This document shows positions 52,181 through 62,239 of a stretch of 64,000 nucleotides of DNA, piece after piece. Positions within the stretch are counted from its first letter, which is position 1; every line of letters begins with the position of its first letter. This DNA is from Cyanobacteriota bacterium (lineage in GTDB: Bacteria; Cyanobacteriota; Cyanobacteriia; Cyanobacteriales; Nostocaceae). The notes under the pieces were generated by a model. The model was not told the DNA's origin. It saw nothing but the letters and a program-made list of their open reading frames with translations, and did no database searches. A program made the translations under genes and the position numbers. The DNA is taken from contig JBJOKS010000019.1 in the NCBI GenBank assembly GCA_046045965.1, forward strand, positions 51,361-115,360, read 5' to 3'.

Positions 52181-52311
52181 TTGGTAATTGGTAATTGGTA
52201 ATTGGTAATTGGTAATTGGTAATTGGTAGAATTTCTCTCCATATTCCCATATCCCCAGTCCCCAGTCCCCAGTCCCCAGTCCCCAGTCACTTGTCACTTG
52301 TCACCTGTCAC
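52176..52311. repeat. STRR arrays (GGTAATT)n, (CCCCAGT)n and (TGTCACY)n
   Basis: Tandem heptamers between convergent genes, running into the ftsI 3' end (VTGDK). Confidence 0.93.
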
Positions 52312-54123
52312 CTTCTGACTCGGTGGAATTTTTTGCATTGGTATAAGCACTTCCATCACAGATTTAACAATGGGTGCGGTAACAGTTCCACCATAGGCAT
52401 TTGCGCCTTTCGGTTCATCTACAATTGCCAAAACCACATAACGGGGAGCTTCTGCTGGAACAATACCCACAAAGCTAGTAATTCTCGCACCTGGAATATA
52501 TCCACCTTGAGGACTGGCTTTTTGGGCTGTTCCTGTTTTACCAGCAATACCGTATCCGTTGATTTTTGAGGCTTTACCACTACCCTGAGAAACAACAGTT
52601 TCCATCATATCCACTACCTTTTGGGTAGTTGTGGGTGAAAAAATTTGGCGTGGTGCGGGTAGGGTAGGTGAATAATGAATTTTACCTTGACTATCAATCA
52701 AACCTTGAACTACATGAGGTGTTACCAGTTTACCGCCATTAGCCAAAGCGCCGTGCATTTGCACTAGTTGTAAAGGTGTCAGAGAAAAACCTTGACCAAA
52801 AGAAGTGGTTGCTGGTTCTATAGTTGAGGATAGAAATTCTTCTTGACTTTTGAGACGACCACCGACTTCAAAAGGCAAATCTGTATCAACTTTTTGCCCT
52901 AGTCCCAGTTTTTCTAACCAATTGTAGTATAACGTGGGCTTCATGCGTTGAATGATTTGTACCATACCAACGTTGCTAGAAGTTTGTAAAATTTGAGCAA
53001 TATTAAGTCGTCTGTAAGCGTTTCTTTCAGCGTTTTTGATAGTGCGGTCAGCAACTTTAATGGTTCCGGGGTCATTAAATACATCATCTGGTTTGATGAC
53101 ACCATTTTCCAGAGCGATCGCCACAATTAAAGGCTTAAAAGTGGAACCTGGTTCATAAAGATCAGCAACCGTCCAATTTTTAAACAGTGAAATATCAGAT
53201 TTGGAATATTCATTGGCATTATAGGTAGGTTGAGAAACCAAAGCCAACAATGAACCATCCGTAGCATCCATCACAATGACTGCACCGCGTTTAGCTTGGA
53301 ACTTGTCTATCTGTTCTTTGAGCGCAGTCCGGGCAGCCCGTTGCAAGCGGTTATCAAGAGTAATTTGCAGTTTTAAATCATCAAAATGCAAAAATCCTTC
53401 TGGAGCGTGATCTGGCATCAGTGCGCCGTTACCAGCCCGACTGAGACGTACCGTTTGTCCAGAGCGTTCTAGTAGTTTCTCCTGACTATATTCAACCCCA
53501 GCCTGACCGCGACGGTCAAGGTTAACATAGCCCACCACATTAGCAACTAAATCTTCTTGTGGGTAGAAACGGGAATATTTTTGTATAAACTCTAAGCCAT
53601 TCAAGCGGAATGAAATCAAGCGATCGGCAATATTTTCGGAAACACTATGAGAAAGCAGAATACCGCTTTTTTTGCTTTGAAATATATTTACTAACTTAGC
53701 AGCATCTTTGTTAAGAATGGGTGCAATCTGCTGCGCTATTTCCTCATTAGACTTATCAAATAGCTTGGGATGGGCGTACAAAGTATATACCGGACGATCA
53801 ATGGCCAATATATTGTTATTGCGATCAACCACTGGACGACGGGGCATAAAAGGGCGTAAATTTACCATCTGCTGGTTTCTTGCCCTTTGAGTGAGTTTTG
53901 CACCATCGATAATTTGCAGACGATACAAATTGAAAGTCAACCCCACCCCAGCAGCGAGTAGAATACCCCAAACTATCAACAGTCGAGATTTAAGGTTTGG
54001 TGCTTGGGCTTGAGTTTTAGGAGAACCATTCCCTGGTACAGCTGGTTTGGAAAACTTCCGCTGTCTTGTGAATTCTAAATTCTGCAAATTTCTAAATTTC
54101 GTTCTACTTGGTGACTTCTGCAT
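52294..54123 (-). CDS. ftsI: Class B penicillin-binding protein (FtsI/PBP3)
   Basis: Single TM; RRPVVDRN, YEPGSTFK (SxxK), SSNVG (SxN), GKTGTAQK. Confidence 0.88.
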   Translation of the reverse strand: MQKSPSRTKFRNLQNLEFTRQRKFSKPAVPGNGSPKTQAQAPNLKSRLLIVWGILLAAGVGLTFNLYRLQIIDGAKLTQRARNQQMVNLRPFMPRRPVVDRNNNILAIDRPVYTLYAHPKLFDKSNEEIAQQIAPILNKDAAKLVNIFQSKKSGILLSHSVSENIADRLISFRLNGLEFIQKYSRFYPQEDLVANVVGYVNLDRRGQAGVEYSQEKLLERSGQTVRLSRAGNGALMPDHAPEGFLHFDDLKLQITLDNRLQRAARTALKEQIDKFQAKRGAVIVMDATDGSLLALVSQPTYNANEYSKSDISLFKNWTVADLYEPGSTFKPLIVAIALENGVIKPDDVFNDPGTIKVADRTIKNAERNAYRRLNIAQILQTSSNVGMVQIIQRMKPTLYYNWLEKLGLGQKVDTDLPFEVGGRLKSQEEFLSSTIEPATTSFGQGFSLTPLQLVQMHGALANGGKLVTPHVVQGLIDSQGKIHYSPTLPAPRQIFSPTTTQKVVDMMETVVSQGSGKASKINGYGIAGKTGTAQKASPQGGYIPGARITSFVGIVPAEAPRYVVLAIVDEPKGANAYGGTVTAPIVKSVMEVLIPMQKIPPSQKVTGDK

Positions 54124-54147
54124 TAGGGTTTTTTTGTGTCATTAGTC

Positions 54148-54258
54148 ATTGGTAATTGGTAATTGGTAATTGGTAATTGGTAATTGGTAATTGGTAATTG
54201 GGTTATTAAGCTCCCCTGCTCCCCTGCTCCCCTGCTCCCCTGCTCCCTGCTCCCTGCC
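54148..54258. repeat. STRR (ATTGGTA)n and octamer (CTCCCCTG)n arrays
   Basis: Tandem repeats upstream of ftsI. Confidence 0.93.
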
Positions 54259-54281
54259 CTCAGTCTCCATCACTTTTTATC

Positions 54282-54947
54282 TTAATATCCTAGTGGTGAA
54301 GAAGTTTGGGTCTGTGCTTCTAAATTGGAAATTGTAGTTGAGGATGCTGAATTAGGACTATGGGATGTTGGTGGCAAGAAAATTGTCCCTCCTGGAGTTG
54401 GTGATACCAGTCCTGCTCCTGGTTCTTCTGCCTCCTTAGCCATTTTACTGGTCAGTGTGGCATTTGTTGTAGTTAACTGACGCTCATTACGTTGTAAACT
54501 TTGCAGCGTGCGGTAAGCTTGACTCCAAAGCTCTTGGGAATAGACAGTCCAACCATAAACCATCAATGTTGCAGCCACAAACAAAAATGCCGTCACCGAA
54601 GAATAACGATAGACACTGTGCAAGCGTAATAACCACAGAGGTGCAGCCGCAGTAGTAGACATCATGGGTAAGTGTTCATGGGACTGTCTTTGAATCTTTA
54701 AGGATGGTTTTTGTCCAGACTCTTTCTGCAAGGTCGATATTACTGCCTCATTGACCAGGGCAGTTGATAAATTTTTGGTATAATTGCTTTTTCTTCTAGG
54801 GCGCACCACTGTGGATGCACTGGCCATAGAGGTGGTTTGCATATTTGTTGACAGGCTCCTAGAGCGACGCTGACCCAAAGGTGGGGTAGAATTTCGTCTG
54901 AACCAAGAACTTTTTGTAGACACAGCTGATTTGCGGACAGCAGCCAT
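54282..54947 (-). CDS. Bitopic membrane protein with periplasmic coiled coil, FtsL-like by position
   Basis: Basic disordered N-terminus, one TM (TAFLFVAATLMVYGWTVY), heptad LQSLQRNERQLTTTNATL; immediately upstream of ftsI. Confidence 0.7.
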   Translation of the reverse strand: MAAVRKSAVSTKSSWFRRNSTPPLGQRRSRSLSTNMQTTSMASASTVVRPRRKSNYTKNLSTALVNEAVISTLQKESGQKPSLKIQRQSHEHLPMMSTTAAAPLWLLRLHSVYRYSSVTAFLFVAATLMVYGWTVYSQELWSQAYRTLQSLQRNERQLTTTNATLTSKMAKEAEEPGAGLVSPTPGGTIFLPPTSHSPNSASSTTISNLEAQTQTSSPLGY

Positions 54948-55134
54948 AATTGTTGCAAATGATAGACATCCTCTTCAGCTTAATAGGTGATCTGCAAGAC
55001 ATCAATGTAAATAATCTGAAAAATCGGGTGAAAATTTCTCATCTCAAAGCATTTAACAAAAATCGACAAATAAGCTATCGTATTCAACAGGAGCAATCTT
55101 TGGTATTGCCTTTATTATTGGTGAAAGAGGAGTT

Positions 55135-55404
55135 ATGAAAACAAAAATCTTTGGTTTGGCTCTCATGTTAAGTCTGGCTACCATGCTCGGAGCTTGTGAA
55201 GGTGGTGGCGGTCCTGCTGGTACTACAACTACTCCTGCTACTACACCAGCAGCTGGTGAGCCGGCGGACACTGGTACTACTCCTGCTGCGGCTACTACAG
55301 CACCAGCAGCTACTCCTGCGGCTACTACAGCACCAGAAGCCACTCCTGCGGCTACTACAGCACCAACAGCTACCCCTACAGCTACTCCGACTCAGACTCC
55401 TTAA
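55135..55404 (+). CDS. Small Ala/Thr/Pro-rich lipoprotein
   Basis: GAGGAG SD; MKTK...LATMLGAC lipobox; TPAATTAP repeats. Confidence 0.8.
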   Translation: MKTKIFGLALMLSLATMLGACEGGGGPAGTTTTPATTPAAGEPADTGTTPAAATTAPAATPAATTAPEATPAATTAPTATPTATPTQTP

Positions 55405-55688
55405 TCTAGTTAGAATAGCGATCCTATCTACATCGCTATCACATACTTTTATCAGGCATCGACTCGAATTAATATTCCTCTGAGAAGGGGAACTTGACTC
55501 CATAGCCTTCTTAGCAGGACAATCAGACCTAAAGCGGAGCGACTCGACTATTATCAGATCGAATCGATCCGCTTGCGGTTTTGAAAGATTGGTCCCAGAA
55601 GCAGAAAAATGGTTTACACCGCATTTTAGTATTAAAATACTAATCTTTATAAGCCAAAAAACATTGTCTTTACTCGGAAAGTAGCTTT

Positions 55689-56360
55689 ATGTTGCTACTG
55701 CAATTCAGTACATCTCACTATTGTCGCAAAGCCCGTCTGGCGCTAGGTTATAAGCGAATTGATTACAAGGTAGAAAATCTTAATCCTGGCTTGCACATCC
55801 TCAAAGTGAAGCCATTAACCGGTTTAACCACCCTGCCTGTGTTATTGCCCCAAATTGAAGGACAACCGCAAGCGATTGGCGACTCTACCCAAATTTTAAA
55901 ATTCTTAGAATCTTATCAACCAGAACCTTCATTATTTTTAACCAACCAAGAACAACAAACTGAAGCTTTGATGCTCGAAGACTGGTTAGATGAAAGCATT
56001 GGTACAGCTACAAGGTTTGTATATTACCACTTTCGGGCTGGTGAAGGCAAACAAATAGATCCCTCATTATCCAGTCAGATAGTAATTGGTGTAGTCAGGA
56101 AACAGTATGGTATCAATGATGCTACTGTAGAATTAGCTACTAAAAGGCTAGTAATTGCTCTGAAAGAATTATCTCACCGCTGGCAAAAAAGTGAGTATTT
56201 GGTGGGTGGAGTTTTAAGCGTAGCAGATATTAGCGCAGCTGCCTTGCTGAGTCCCCTAGCACTTATTCCTCAATACCGTCAGGGATATCCTTGGTTGTTT
56301 GAGCGCATTGTCCAGATTCATCAATTATGTGGTGAAGCATTACCACCAGGACTAAACTGA
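55689..56360 (+). CDS. Glutathione S-transferase family protein
   Basis: SHYCRKARLAL, TLPVL, IGDSTQI, YLVG..LSVADI. Confidence 0.9.
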   Translation: MLLLQFSTSHYCRKARLALGYKRIDYKVENLNPGLHILKVKPLTGLTTLPVLLPQIEGQPQAIGDSTQILKFLESYQPEPSLFLTNQEQQTEALMLEDWLDESIGTATRFVYYHFRAGEGKQIDPSLSSQIVIGVVRKQYGINDATVELATKRLVIALKELSHRWQKSEYLVGGVLSVADISAAALLSPLALIPQYRQGYPWLFERIVQIHQLCGEALPPGLN

Positions 56361-56415
56361 GATGGGGAGCAGGGGAAGCAGGGGAAGCAGGGGAAGCAGG
56401 GGGAGCAAGGGGAGA

Positions 56416-56739
56416 ATGAAAAAACGAAAAGTAATATTATTGACAATTTTGAGTATTAGCACCGCTATTTTAGTGGTGGTTGGTAGCTATTGGGGAACAA
56501 AGGTGATGGCATTACCACCTGTAGAGGATATACCAGAGGAGATATTGCGGACAGAGATTATTACTATTGGGCGATCGCCCATTGATGGTAAACTCTTAAC
56601 CGCTGCTGAATACGCAGAACTACAAGCGCATCTGCAAACGAGTCCCCCACCAAAACTTAATGCACAAATCAGAGAACAAGTATTCCTGCTAAAGTTACGT
56701 AAAGCATTACTACAGATTTTTCCGTTTTTAGGTATTTAG
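56416..56739 (+). CDS. Conserved-type hypothetical protein
   Basis: ALPPVEDIPEEILRTEIIT.GRSPIDG. Real start probably ATG 56416; the upstream SRG repeats are a 9-mer tandem repeat. Confidence 0.7.
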   Translation: MKKRKVILLTILSISTAILVVVGSYWGTKVMALPPVEDIPEEILRTEIITIGRSPIDGKLLTAAEYAELQAHLQTSPPPKLNAQIREQVFLLKLRKALLQIFPFLGI

Positions 56740-56921
56740 TCATTGGTCATTAGTCGTTAGTTATTGGTAGATTTTGTCCCAATCCCCAATCCCTATTCCC
56801 CAAGAAGATACATTCTGATGTAGGATAACCGTGACGACAAAAATGCAAATAAATGTAAAGAATATATATAGTTCTTAAAAACTGAATTTAGTTAATCACC
56901 TTATTTCACGTAGGTAGCTTC

Positions 56922-59213
56922 ATGTCCATCAGCACGATTGCCCCTGAGCAGGTTAACCGCATCGTTTGGAATCAGCATCATGATCCGTTTGAGGTACTAG
57001 GTTCACATCTTATAGAATGGGAAGGTAAGAACGTCTGGGCTGTGCGAGCCTACCTACCAAATGCCAGCGCAGCTTATGTAGTAGTTCCTGGAGAACGCAA
57101 AGAATACCCGATGCACACAGTGCATGATCCCCACTTTTTTGAATGCACCATAGAAACAGCAGAACTTAACAACTATCAATTGCGGATCAAAGAAGGGGAA
57201 CACGAGCGCGTCACTTATGACCCTTACGCCTTTCGTTCTGCTGGTTTAACTGAATTTGACTTGCACTTGTTCGCAGAAGGAAACCATCACCGGATCTATG
57301 AGAAACTGGGAGCGCACCTAACAGAAGTAGATGGAGTTAAAGGTGTTTATTTTGCAGTTTGGGCCCCCAACGCTCGCAACGTTTCTGTTTTAGGAAACTT
57401 TAACTACTGGGATGGACGCAAACACCAGATGCGGAAAGGACATACCGGCGTTTGGGAACTATTTATCCCGGAAATCGGTGTAGGAGAACATTACAAATAT
57501 GAAATCAAAAATTTTGAAGGACATATTTACGAAAAATCCGATCCCTACGGTTTCCAGCAAGAACCACGTCCCAAAACAGCATCTATTGTCACCGACTTAA
57601 CTACTTATAGTTGGAAAGATGAAAATTGGATGGAAACAAGGAGACACACAGATCCCCTTACCCAACCAATTTCCGTTTATGAAGTCCATTTAGGTTCTTG
57701 GTTACACGCTGCTAGTGAAGAACCAGCTAAATTACCTCATGGGGAAACTGAACCAGTAGTTATTGTTTCCGAACTCAAACCCGGTGCGCGTTTTCTGACA
57801 TATCGAGAATTAGCTGCAAAACTGATCCCCTATGTCAAAGACTTGGGATATACCCATATAGAATTGCTACCAATTGCCGAGCATCCCTTTGATGGTTCTT
57901 GGGGTTATCAAGTCACAGGTTACTATGCTCCCACTTCTCGCTTTGGTACTCCTGAAGACTTCATGTACTTTGTTGACCAATGTCACGAAAATGGCATAGG
58001 TGTACTGGTAGATTGGGTTCCTGGCCACTTCCCCAAAGATGGACATGGTTTAGCTTTCTTTGATGGCACTCATCTGTATGAACACGCTGACCCCCGCAAA
58101 GGCGAACATAAGGAATGGGGAACTTTAGTATTTAACTATTCCCGTAACGAAGTTAGAAACTTCTTAGTAGCTAATGCTTTATTCTGGTTTGATAAATACC
58201 ACATTGACGGGATTCGAGTGGATGCGGTGGCTTCCATGCTTTACAATGACTATTGCCGTAAAGAAGGGGAATGGTTGCCTAACCAATACGGTGGTAGAGA
58301 AAATTTAGAAGCTGCTGATTTCCTGCGTCAAGTAAATCACAACATCTTTAGTTATTTTCCCGGTGTGCTTTCCATTGCGGAAGAGTCTACTTCTTGGCCT
58401 ATGGTATCTTGGCCTACCTATACAGGTGGTCTAGGCTTTAACCTGAAGTGGAACATGGGTTGGATGCACGATATGTTGGACTACTTCAGCATGGACCCTT
58501 GGTTCCGTCAATTCCATCAAAACAATGTGACTTTTAGTATGTGGTATAACCACAGTGAAAACTTCATGTTGGCATTGTCTCACGATGAAGTTGTACATGG
58601 TAAAAGCAATATCATCGGTAAAATGCCTGGTGATAAATGGCAGAAGTTAGCTAACGTCCGGGCTTTATTCGCTTATATGTTTGCTCACCCTGGTAAGAAA
58701 ACCATGTTTATGAGTATGGAGTTTGGCCAGTGGAGTGAGTGGAATGTTTGGGCAGATTTGGAATGGCAACTACATGAGTTTGAACCACATCAACAGTTAA
58801 AAACTTTTTTCAAAGATGTTAATTATATTTACCGTTCTGAACCTGCTTTGTATACTCAGGATTTTGCGCGGGAAGGATTTGAATGGATTGATTGTAGCGA
58901 TAACCGTCACAGTGTAGTTGCTTTTGTGCGTCGTGCTAAGGATTCTGATGAGTTTTTGGTTGTGGTTTGTAATTTTACACCTCAACCCCATTCTCACTAT
59001 CGCATCGGTGTACCTGAGAAGGGATTTTATACTGAGTTGTTCAATAGTGATGCTCGTCAGTATGGCGGTAGCAATATGGGCAATTTAGGCGGTAAGTGGA
59101 CTGATGATTGGTCTTTACATAATCGTCCTTATTCGTTGGATTTGTGTTTACCACCTTTGGGGGTTTTGATTCTCAAGTTGGATAAAGTGAAGACTGCGGA
59201 AGCGATGAAGTAA
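56922..59213 (+). CDS. glgB: 1,4-alpha-glucan branching enzyme
   Basis: [56 protein letters not shown]. Confidence 0.98.
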   Translation: MSISTIAPEQVNRIVWNQHHDPFEVLGSHLIEWEGKNVWAVRAYLPNASAAYVVVPGERKEYPMHTVHDPHFFECTIETAELNNYQLRIKEGEHERVTYDPYAFRSAGLTEFDLHLFAEGNHHRIYEKLGAHLTEVDGVKGVYFAVWAPNARNVSVLGNFNYWDGRKHQMRKGHTGVWELFIPEIGVGEHYKYEIKNFEGHIYEKSDPYGFQQEPRPKTASIVTDLTTYSWKDENWMETRRHTDPLTQPISVYEVHLGSWLHAASEEPAKLPHGETEPVVIVSELKPGARFLTYRELAAKLIPYVKDLGYTHIELLPIAEHPFDGSWGYQVTGYYAPTSRFGTPEDFMYFVDQCHENGIGVLVDWVPGHFPKDGHGLAFFDGTHLYEHADPRKGEHKEWGTLVFNYSRNEVRNFLVANALFWFDKYHIDGIRVDAVASMLYNDYCRKEGEWLPNQYGGRENLEAADFLRQVNHNIFSYFPGVLSIAEESTSWPMVSWPTYTGGLGFNLKWNMGWMHDMLDYFSMDPWFRQFHQNNVTFSMWYNHSENFMLALSHDEVVHGKSNIIGKMPGDKWQKLANVRALFAYMFAHPGKKTMFMSMEFGQWSEWNVWADLEWQLHEFEPHQQLKTFFKDVNYIYRSEPALYTQDFAREGFEWIDCSDNRHSVVAFVRRAKDSDEFLVVVCNFTPQPHSHYRIGVPEKGFYTELFNSDARQYGGSNMGNLGGKWTDDWSLHNRPYSLDLCLPPLGVLILKLDKVKTAEAMK

Positions 59214-59244
59214 GGGTTTAATTTATTCAGATAAATTAGGAATT

Positions 59245-59274
59245 TGTAGGGGTACAGCGTTGCTGTATCCTTAT
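59245..59274. repeat. REP-like GTAG palindrome (related copy at about 63632-63659)
   Basis: GTAGGGGTACAGC-GTT-GCTGTATCCTTA; also TAGGGATTTAGCAGTACTAAACCCCTA. Confidence 0.6.
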
Positions 59275-59279
59275 TTTTA

Positions 59280-59638
59280 TTGTCTGAATCAGGATTTTAT
59301 TTTACTATAAGTAAATACGCTTAGTAAAGAATTTTGTCAGAATCAGGATATCCAGGATTTGAGGATTTACAGGATTTTTGCTAGTATCTGGATTTTCATG
59401 ATTTGATGATTTCAAAAATTGTCTGAATCAGGATTTACAGGATTTGTGTTCTCATCTAGATTTTCATGATTTGATGATTTCAAGAATTAATTGTGTGTTT
59501 CTCAAAAATAGTTCATCCAGAAAATAATTGTTATCTTCAGTGACAGAATTAGCAGAATAACATAATTTCGTAGGTATCAAAAATATTTAATCTCTTCATC
59601 CTGAAAATCCTGAAATCCTGGATATCCTGATTCAGACA
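59280..59638. repeat. Second cluster of the 'TGTCAGAATCAGGAT' repeat family
   Basis: Direct copies at about 59280, 59334 and 59419; inverted copy at 59597-59638. 59334-59375 is identical over 42 bp to the reverse complement of the copies ending at 1641 and 1725. Confidence 0.9.
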
Positions 59639-59644
59639 TTTTCA

Positions 59645-59995
59645 CTATTTCCCAGATTCCAATTTAACAACCCGCTTTGCTAAATCATTAACTTGTTGCT
59701 TTAATTCAACCACTAAAGTTGATAATCTATCAAACATTTTATCCCGTTCCGACTGTGATAAATTCCGTCTAGAACTTGGAGTTTTTACGGGAATCTCAGG
59801 AATTCTAGAGGATGGAATCTGGGGATTTTGACGCAGTAATAATTCTATTTGATTCAACCGCAACTCTACACGACGCAAATCAGATTCTAGGTTATTAACA
59901 CGAAAATCTACTTGCTGTGAAGAAGCAGGATGAGATAAAATACTACTCCACAGAATTATCACTACAACCCCAGCAAACAATAATTTTTTCAACAT
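59645..59995 (-). CDS. Secreted coiled-coil hypothetical protein
   Basis: Signal-like N-terminus; RVNNLESDL; MFDRLSTLVVELKQQV. Confidence 0.7.
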   Translation of the reverse strand: MLKKLLFAGVVVIILWSSILSHPASSQQVDFRVNNLESDLRRVELRLNQIELLLRQNPQIPSSRIPEIPVKTPSSRRNLSQSERDKMFDRLSTLVVELKQQVNDLAKRVVKLESGK

Positions 59996-60018
59996 TTTAT
60001 TGATTGGTTCGCTACCAA

Positions 60019-61503
60019 TTATTTATCAGGTTGTAAACTAGAAAATAACTGTTCCCAATTGATAGAGTTAACATCATTTTCTCCCTGTTTGACTTCCAAA
60101 GTTATATTACGTGCTTTTGGTTGTTTGAGAGATTGAACGCAAAGTTCAGCAATATCATTACGGCTAATTTTACCTCTGATATTATCACCTTGCTCAAATA
60201 TTAACTCTTTTCCTCCTGTTTCTTCAGTTAAAGCACAAGGTCTAATAATCGTATAAGGTATTCCACTGCTTCTTAAACTATCTTCTCCTTTTAATTTCCA
60301 AGTTAAAATCCCTCCCAATTGGTCATTTAATCTCACTGCTGGAGGTTCTTCATCTAAATTAATTCCTGGTCTTCCGGGACGAGTTACACCCGCAGAACTA
60401 ACTAGTACAAATTGAGGTAAACCTGCACCACCATAAGCTTTGATAGATTCTATTTCTAATGCAAAACCACCAGGAGTAAATTTAGGATTTAAAGCACCAT
60501 CATACTCAAATTTGCTCAACATTAATTGAAATGAACAAACTTTACTTTTATCTATTTCTGGAGAATCTTTCACAGTTTTTGCTCTAAAAACAGGTGTTAA
60601 ATTAACAAAGGGAATGTTCACATCTATCCATGAATTAGCTACAGTATCAAAGGAATAACTGTAACCCACACCATCCCATGCTGATTCAGTTCTTAAAAAG
60701 ATTTTATAACGTTGTCCATCACCTTTAACTCGTAATCTCACACCTGTAAAACCAGATAAATTAATTGCTGGTGAAAAATTCTTAGTTCTTACAGATGCAA
60801 AACCTCCTGAATTTGCAGTGGAAACATTACCAGCAAATAAAGCAGTTTTTTCTAAGATGTGAAAATTGCTGGAACTGACACCACCCATTACCACATCATC
60901 CAAAGCACCCCAGATATTTTTTAATTCCTGTGATGGTTGGGTAAAGTCAAATATGGTTTTTTCACCAGTGTTTGATAAATATCTTCTTGCAGCTTCTACT
61001 AAATTTTTCACACCTTTGTATTCTACATTTTCTGGTGTATCACCAACAATTTCAGGTAAATAAAATTTCACACCTTGATTATATTTAGCTCTATCAGGTG
61101 TGTCTCCTTCTACTGGTTGAACACGCACTGCTGTACAACAAACAACACCTTGAATATTACTCATAACCAAATCATTCAAAGTTTCCGGTTTGGTAATATC
61201 TCCCACCACTAAGTCAACATCATTACCAAGAATTGACCGCGCTTTATCAATATCTCTGACTAAACAGCGGACTTTTTCACCTTGCGCTGATAATTTTTGT
61301 ACGACTCGTTTACCAACTCCACCAGTTGCACCCGCTACTAGAATGACACCCATTTGTATTCCCTCATTTGGTTGATTTTGATTAGTTTCAGGACGACTTT
61401 GAAAGATATTTTGTACCCAATTGAGAGCAGGAAATACCTCAAAGTATGTTAAGGTTTTGATGAATCTGCACAAATCCCATTGAGAACGATTTTTTTCAGT
61501 CAT
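60019..61503 (-). CDS. NAD(P)-binding Rossmann protein with inserted CIA30 domain
   Basis: VAGATGGVG; WGALDDVVMGGVS, NSGGFASVR, GDGQRYK; WKLKGED, YTIIRPCAL. Confidence 0.88.
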   Translation of the reverse strand: MTEKNRSQWDLCRFIKTLTYFEVFPALNWVQNIFQSRPETNQNQPNEGIQMGVILVAGATGGVGKRVVQKLSAQGEKVRCLVRDIDKARSILGNDVDLVVGDITKPETLNDLVMSNIQGVVCCTAVRVQPVEGDTPDRAKYNQGVKFYLPEIVGDTPENVEYKGVKNLVEAARRYLSNTGEKTIFDFTQPSQELKNIWGALDDVVMGGVSSSNFHILEKTALFAGNVSTANSGGFASVRTKNFSPAINLSGFTGVRLRVKGDGQRYKIFLRTESAWDGVGYSYSFDTVANSWIDVNIPFVNLTPVFRAKTVKDSPEIDKSKVCSFQLMLSKFEYDGALNPKFTPGGFALEIESIKAYGGAGLPQFVLVSSAGVTRPGRPGINLDEEPPAVRLNDQLGGILTWKLKGEDSLRSSGIPYTIIRPCALTEETGGKELIFEQGDNIRGKISRNDIAELCVQSLKQPKARNITLEVKQGENDVNSINWEQLFSSLQPDK

Positions 61504-61718
61504 AATTATTTACTATTATTTACTCACTCATTTAGTGTACAATATTTTAATTGTAGCAAATTTATATAGCTATCCTCAACGAAATATGAATATCTCTGAT
61601 TTCTCTACCTCTGTGTCCTCTGGGTCTCTGCGGTTTGTTGAAAAAACAGTTTATAACTCAAATAACATTACCATATTATGATAATATAGATGCAAAACCA
61701 ACCATTAATTAACTTGTT

Positions 61719-62225
61719 ATGAGTCAATTTGAAAAAATCCAAGCAGAGTATGAGAAATTTACTCAAGAATTTGCCAGCATCATTATTAGTACAGTCGATA
61801 AAAAAGGAATCCCCAATGCTAGTTATACTCCTTTTGTGATGGATGAATTTAATAACATCTACATTTATGTTAGTGGTTTAGCTGTTCACACTGCTAATAT
61901 TCAAGTTCATCCTTATGTAAGTGTTTTATTTATTGAAGATGAAGCTAAAGCTGATAATATCTTTGCTCGTCGTCGGTTGAATTTTGATTGTACAGCGAGT
62001 TTAATTGACAGGGAAACTGAGAAATGGAATCAAATTGTCAATCAATTCCAAGAACGTTTTGGAGAAATTATTGAAATGCTACGTAGTTTAGCTGATTTTA
62101 GAATTTTTCAACTTACTCCCACTCAAGGACGTTTTGTAGTTGGGTTTGGTGCAGCTTATAATATTAGTGGTGATAATCTCAATCAAATTGAGCATCTGAA
62201 TAAAGATAATCTTCCTAATTCTTAA
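61719..62225 (+). CDS. HugZ/HutZ-like pyridoxamine 5'-phosphate oxidase family (heme utilisation) protein
   Basis: PNASYTPF, YVSGLAVHTANI, FIEDE, FARRRL, GRFVVGFGAAY. Confidence 0.85.
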   Translation: MSQFEKIQAEYEKFTQEFASIIISTVDKKGIPNASYTPFVMDEFNNIYIYVSGLAVHTANIQVHPYVSVLFIEDEAKADNIFARRRLNFDCTASLIDRETEKWNQIVNQFQERFGEIIEMLRSLADFRIFQLTPTQGRFVVGFGAAYNISGDNLNQIEHLNKDNLPNS

Positions 62226-62239
62226 TTGATATATTTGTT

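Noticed and set aside
55053..55503. Alternative-frame ORFs over the small lipoprotein
   Set aside because: Low-complexity repeats keep other frames open; only 55135..55404 has an SD and a lipobox.
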